The translations under genes and the position numbers were made by a program. The notes under the pieces are model-generated. The model searched no databases, had not been told where the DNA came from, and saw only the letters and a program-made list of their open reading frames with translations. Below are positions 55,490 to 64,000 of a stretch of DNA of 64,000 bases, piece after piece (position 1 is the stretch's first letter; the number at the start of each line of letters is the position of its first letter). This stretch comes from the human T2T-CHM13v2.0 reference genome, Homo sapiens: assembly GCF_009914755.1 (NCBI RefSeq), contig NC_060948.1; one strand, 5' to 3'.

Positions 55490-57591
55490 AGATCCATATT
55501 TTTTAAATGAAAAAAAATTTCAAAGGTACTCTGCTTGGTACAATAATCAAATGTATAAACTGAGGAATAAAACATAACCATGAAACCTACTTATAACTGC
55601 ATATGGAAAATACAGAGGATAATTTTTTAAATAACATATTTTGAAAGCCTTAACTAGTAATTTGAAGAGCTGGCATTTGAAAGGCCAGTATGAATATACC
55701 TTCAAAGCAGCAACACAGGTTCCCCATGAGAAAAAGCAAACACAGGGAAAATAAAAACACAAAGGTTCAATCTCTTCTGACCTTTGAAAGACACAGCACA
55801 GACAGTGGTCCTTAGGACGAAGAGCAGGAGACCCCTAATTCCGTCACCATGGCGATAGGGCATAAACATTGCTGGGTGAGGGCACAATCCACATTGTGAG
55901 GTCCAACTGCTGCCAGGAAGACAGGAGTGCTTTTACATAGACCGAAAGGTCATTGAAGGCTCAGAGTTTTGTTTCAAGAACTGAATCCCAAGCCCACACG
56001 TTATTAGGCTGCGCTTCTTAAAACAAGTTATGAGATGGGAAAAAGGGCACCCACAAACATACGTATACATTATGTATATAATAATATACAGTGTCATATA
56101 TATAATATATATAACCTATGTATAATATTGTTTTACATCCTGCATCTTATGTTATATATATTGTATAAAATATAATAATTGATAATATATAAGTTTTATA
56201 TTTATACAATATGACATATAGTATATATTATAATTTATGACATATATAATATATGTTATATATCATATATAGAATATATTATACGGTTAATATACGTATT
56301 AAATATAAATTATACATTATATATATTATATATAATATATCTGCTATATATAATACCCGTTATGCATAATATATATATTATGTCTATGTTATATATAGTA
56401 TAAAACAACATATAATAATATATAATTGTATATATAAAATGCGACATATAATATATATATTTTATAACATATGTAATATATATTATATATTATATATAAT
56501 ACGTTGTATGTATAATACCTATATTAAATATATATTATATGACTATGTTATTAATTACATGTCACATGTGTTATATATTATATATTTTACATACAATATA
56601 CTGGTTACATACAATATATACTATGTTACCTATAATGTATAATTTATTACATGTAAAATAAAGAATGCAATATATTATGTATAATTTATAATATACCATA
56701 TGTGGAATGTGATATATATAACATATAATATATGATATATGATATACAGTATATGATATATAACATACAATATATGATTCCTAATATATATGGTATACAA
56801 TATATATTTTATTATATGTATTCTATATGTTTTATATTCTGTTATATATAACTATTTGAAATTATATATAACTGTATAATATTTTATGTAAATATGTAAT
56901 ATAATATATATAACTATATAATATATTATATATAACTATATATTATGTTATATATACTTTTATAACATAATTTGCATAAAATATCATAACATAATATATA
57001 TTATATTATTTCATATTACATAATATATATTACATATCACCCAATATAACTAACATACATAATATTATAATATAGATTATATTGTGTTATATTAAATATC
57101 ATATATATCATGTATCATATATTCTATAATATATATTACACATTATATAATATGTATGTTGTCTATTATGTGATATATATAACTCTATATATAATTATAT
57201 TTTTATACATATAACTAGATAAACATGTAATTCTACATAATTTCATTTATAATATGTAGAATTATATAATCATATTTAATTATTTATATTCTATAAAAAA
57301 TTTTATCATTATATAAATTATAATATATAAAAATTATAATATGTACTACAAATATATATATTATATATCATATATGATATAGTACCTTTGTTATATATCA
57401 TAATACATATAAATGTGTATTATGTTATCTATAATTATATAATTTCATATATAAGATGTATAATATGTATCATATATTATATATGTTATGTAATATATAT
57501 AGTATATATAAGATGACACAGGATAAATATTATATACTATGACATATAAAATATATGAGGTTATATGTTACATATAAGGCATAGCACATAA

Positions 57592-57906
<315 letters not shown>

Positions 57907-60010
57907 AGATCCATATTTTTTAAATGAAAAAAAATTTCAAAGGTACTCTGCTTGGTACAATAATCAAATGTATAAACTGAGGAATAAAACATAACCATGA
58001 AACCTACTTATAACTGCATATGGAAAATACAGAGGATAATTTTTTAAATAACATATTTTGAAAGCCTTAACTAGTAATTTGAAGAGTTGGCATTTGAAAG
58101 GCCAGTATGAATATACCTTCAAATCAGCAACACAGGTTCCCCATGAGAAAAAGCAAACTCAGGGAAAATAAAACCACAAAGGTTCAATCTCTTCTGACCT
58201 TTGAAAGACACAGCACAGACAGTGGTCCTTAGGACGAAGAGCAGGAGACCCCTAATTCCGTCACCATGGCGATAGGGCATAAACACTGCTGGGTGAGGGC
58301 ACAATCCACATTGTGAGGTCCAACTGCTGCCAGGAAGACAGGAGTGCTTTTACATAGACCGAAAGGTCATTGAAGGCTCAGAGTTTTGTTTCAAGAACTG
58401 AATCCCAAGCCCACACGTTATTAGGCTGCGCTTCTTAAAACAAGTTATGAGATGGGAAAAAGGGCACCCACAAACATACATATACATTATGTATATAATA
58501 ATATACAGTGTCATATATATAATATATATAACCTATGTATAATATTGTTTTACATCCTACATCTTATGCTATATATATTGTATAAAATATAATAATTGAT
58601 AATATATAACTTTTATAATTATACAATATGACATATAGTATATATTATAATTTATGACATATATAATATATGTTATATATCATATACAGAATATATTATA
58701 CGGTTAATATACGTATTAAATATAAATTATACATTATATATATTATATATAATATATCTGTTATATATAATACCCGTTATGCATAATATATATATTATGT
58801 CTATGTTATATATAGTATAAAACAACATATAATAATATATAATTGTATATATAAATGCGACATATAATATATATTATATTTTATGACATATGTAATATAT
58901 ATTATATATTATATATAATACGTTGTATGTATAATACCTATATTAAATATATATTATATGACTATGTTATTAATTACATGTCACATGTGTTATATATTAT
59001 ATATTTTACATAGAATATTCCGGTTACATACAATATATACCATGTTACCTATAATGTATAATTTATTACATGTAAAATAAAGAATGCAATATATTATGTA
59101 TAATTTATAATATACAATATGTGGAATGTGATATATATAACATATAATATATGATATATGATATACAGTATATGATATATAACATACAATATATGATTCC
59201 TAATATATATGGTATACAATATATATTTTATGATATGTATTCTATATGTTTTATATTCTGTTATATATAACTATTTGAAATTATATATAACTGTATAATA
59301 TTTTATGTAAATATGTAATATAATATATATAACTATATAATATATTATATATAACTATATATTATGTTATATATACTTTTATAACATAATTTGCATAAAA
59401 TATCATAACATAATATATATTATATTATTTCATATTACATAATATATATTACATATCACCCAATATAACTAACATACATAATATTATAATATAGATTATA
59501 TTGTGTTATATTAAATATCATATATATCATGTATCATATATTCTATAATATATATTACACATTATATAATATGTATGTTGTCTATTATGTGATATATATA
59601 ACTCTATATATAATTATATTTTTATACATATAACTAGATAAACATGTAATTCTACATAATTTCATTTATAATATGTAGAATTATATAATCATATTTAATT
59701 ATTTATATTCTATAAAAAATTTTATCATTATATAAATTATAATATATAAAAATTATAATATGTACTACAAATATATATATTATATATCATATATGATATA
59801 GTACCTTTGTTATATATCATAATACATATAAATGTGTATTATGTTATCTATAATTATATAATTTCATATATAAGATGTATAATATGTATCATATATTATA
59901 TATGTTATGTAATATATATAGTATATATAAGATGACACAGGATAAATATTATATACTATGACATATAAAATATATGAGGTTATATGTTACATATAAGGCA
60001 TAGCACATAA

Positions 60011-60325
<315 letters not shown>

Positions 60326-62429
60326 AGATCCATATTTTTTAAATGAAAAAAAATTTCAAAGGTACTCTGCTTGGTACAATAATCAAATGTATAAACTGAG
60401 GAATAAAACATAACCATGAAACCTACTTATAACTGCATATGGAAAATACAGAGGATAATTTTTTAAATAACATATTTTGAAAGCCTTAACTAGTAATTTG
60501 AAGAGTTGGCATTTGAAAGGCCAGTATGAATATACCTTCAAATCAGCAACACAGGTTCCCCATGAGAAAAAGCAAACTCAGGGAAAATAAAACCACAAAG
60601 GTTCAATCTCTTCTGACCTTTGAAAGACACAGCACAGACAGTGGTCCTTAGGACGAAGAGCAGGAGACCCCTAATTCCGTCACCATGGCGATAGGGCATA
60701 AACACTGCTGGGTGAGGGCACAATCCACATTGTGAGGTCCAACTGCTGCCAGGAAGACAGGAGTGCTTTTACATAGACCGAAAGGTCATTGAAGGCTCAG
60801 AGTTTTGTTTCAAGAACTGAATCCCAAGCCCACACGTTATTAGGCTGCGCTTCTTAAAACAAGTTATGAGATGGGAAAAAGGGCACCCACAAACATACAT
60901 ATACATTATGTATATAATAATATACAGTGTCATATATATAATATATATAACCTATGTATAATATTGTTTTACATCCTACATCTTATGCTATATATATTGT
61001 ATAAAATATAATAATTGATAATATATAACTTTTATAATTATACAATATGACATATAGTATATATTATAATTTATGACATATATAATATATGTTATATATC
61101 ATATACAGAATATATTATACGGTTAATATACGTATTAAATATAAATTATACATTATATATATTATATATAATATATCTGTTATATATAATACCCGTTATG
61201 CATAATATATATATTATGTCTATGTTATATATAGTATAAAACAACATATAATAATATATAATTGTATATATAAATGCGACATATAATATATATTATATTT
61301 TATGACATATGTAATATATATTATATATTATATATAATACGTTGTATGTATAATACCTATATTAAATATATATTATATGACTATGTTATTAATTACATGT
61401 CACATGTGTTATATATTATATATTTTACATAGAATATTCCGGTTACATACAATATATACCATGTTACCTATAATGTATAATTTATTACATGTAAAATAAA
61501 GAATGCAATATATTATGTATAATTTATAATATACAATATGTGGAATGTGATATATATAACATATAATATATGATATATGATATACAGTATATGATATATA
61601 ACATACAATATATGATTCCTAATATATATGGTATACAATATATATTTTATGATATGTATTCTATATGTTTTATATTCTGTTATATATAACTATTTGAAAT
61701 TATATATAACTGTATAATATTTTATGTAAATATGTAATATAATATATATAACTATATAATATATTATATATAACTATATATTATGTTATATATACTTTTA
61801 TAACATAATTTGCATAAAATATCATAACATAATATATATTATATTATTTCATATTACATAATATATATTACATATCACCCAATATAACTAACATACATAA
61901 TATTATAATATAGATTATATTGTGTTATATTAAATATCATATATATCATGTATCATATATTCTATAATATATATTACACATTATATAATATGTATGTTGT
62001 CTATTATGTGATATATATAACTCTATATATAATTATATTTTTATACATATAACTAGATAAACATGTAATTCTACATAATTTCATTTATAATATGTAGAAT
62101 TATATAATCATATTTAATTATTTATATTCTATAAAAAATTTTATCATTATATAAATTATAATATATAAAAATTATAATATGTACTACAAATATATATATT
62201 ATATATCATATATGATATAGTACCTTTGTTATATATCATAATACATATAAATGTGTATTATGTTATCTATAATTATATAATTTCATATATAAGATGTATA
62301 ATATGTATCATATATTATATATGTTATGTAATATATATAGTATATATAAGATGACACAGGATAAATATTATATACTATGACATATAAAATATATGAGGTT
62401 ATATGTTACATATAAGGCATAGCACATAA

Positions 62430-62744
<315 letters not shown>

Positions 62745-64000
62745 AGATCCATATTTTTTAAATGAAAAAAAATTTCAAAGGTACTCTGCTTGGTACAATA
62801 ATCAAATGTATAAACTGAGGAATAAAACATAACCATGAAACCTACTTATAACTGCATATGGAAAATACAGAGGATAATTTTTTAAATAACATATTTTGAA
62901 AGCCTTAACTAGTAATTTGAAGAGTTGGCATTTGAAAGGCCAGTATGAATATACCTTCAAATCAGCAACACAGGTTCCCCATGAGAAAAAGCAAACTCAG
63001 GGAAAATAAAACCACAAAGGTTCAATCTCTTCTGACCTTTGAAAGACACAGCACAGACAGTGGTCCTTAGGACGAAGAGCAGGAGACCCCTAATTCCGTC
63101 ACCATGGCGATAGGGCATAAACACTGCTGGGTGAGGGCACAATCCACATTGTGAGGTCCAACTGCTGCCAGGAAGACAGGAGTGCTTTTACATAGACCGA
63201 AAGGTCATTGAAGGCTCAGAGTTTTGTTTCAAGAACTGAATCCCAAGCCCACACGTTATTAGGCTGCGCTTCTTAAAACAAGTTATGAGATGGGAAAAAG
63301 GGCACCCACAAACATACATATACATTATGTATATAATAATATACAGTGTCATATATATAATATATATAACCTATGTATAATATTGTTTTACATCCTACAT
63401 CTTATGCTATATATATTGTATAAAATATAATAATTGATAATATATAACTTTTATAATTATACAATATGACATATAGTATATATTATAATTTATGACATAT
63501 ATAATATATGTTATATATCATATACAGAATATATTATACGGTTAATATACGTATTAAATATAAATTATACATTATATATATTATATATAATATATCTGTT
63601 ATATATAATACCCGTTATGCATAATATATATATTATGTCTATGTTATATATAGTATAAAACAACATATAATAATATATAATTGTATATATAAATGCGACA
63701 TATAATATATATTATATTTTATGACATATGTAATATATATTATATATTATATATAATACGTTGTATGTATAATACCTATATTAAATATATATTATATGAC
63801 TATGTTATTAATTACATGTCACATGTGTTATATATTATATATTTTACATAGAATATTCCGGTTACATACAATATATACCATGTTACCTATAATGTATAAT
63901 TTATTACATGTAAAATAAAGAATGCAATATATTATGTATAATTTATAATATACAATATGTGGAATGTGATATATATAACATATAATATATGATATATGAT

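Overview
The whole window is one uninterrupted head-to-tail tandem array of a ~2.42 kb composite satellite. It holds about 26.5 units with periods of 2415-2421 bp (mean ~2418), all in the same orientation. Each unit is a ~570 bp mixed-composition segment (HSATI-like), a ~1.56 kb extremely AT-rich low-complexity segment, and a ~290 bp minus-strand Alu that lacks its first ~12 nt and carries a 16-bp internal duplication. This architecture, and a predicted 2144 bp HaeIII fragment per unit, match human DYZ2/HSat1B, most likely from Yq12 heterochromatin. I find no credible genes: the ORFs are artefacts of the repeat. I see no evidence of a new gene system. The less obvious signal is the variant structure between units: two unit subtypes alternating A-B-A-B, an incipient 3-unit higher-order repeat, colinear long-range duplications at offsets of 16/14/12/10 units, mosaic units, and a very recent near-identical triplication at the right end. 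Units are numbered U1-U27 by the recurrent TCA anchor at 80, 2498, 4918 ... 62957. Variant comparisons were made by eye.
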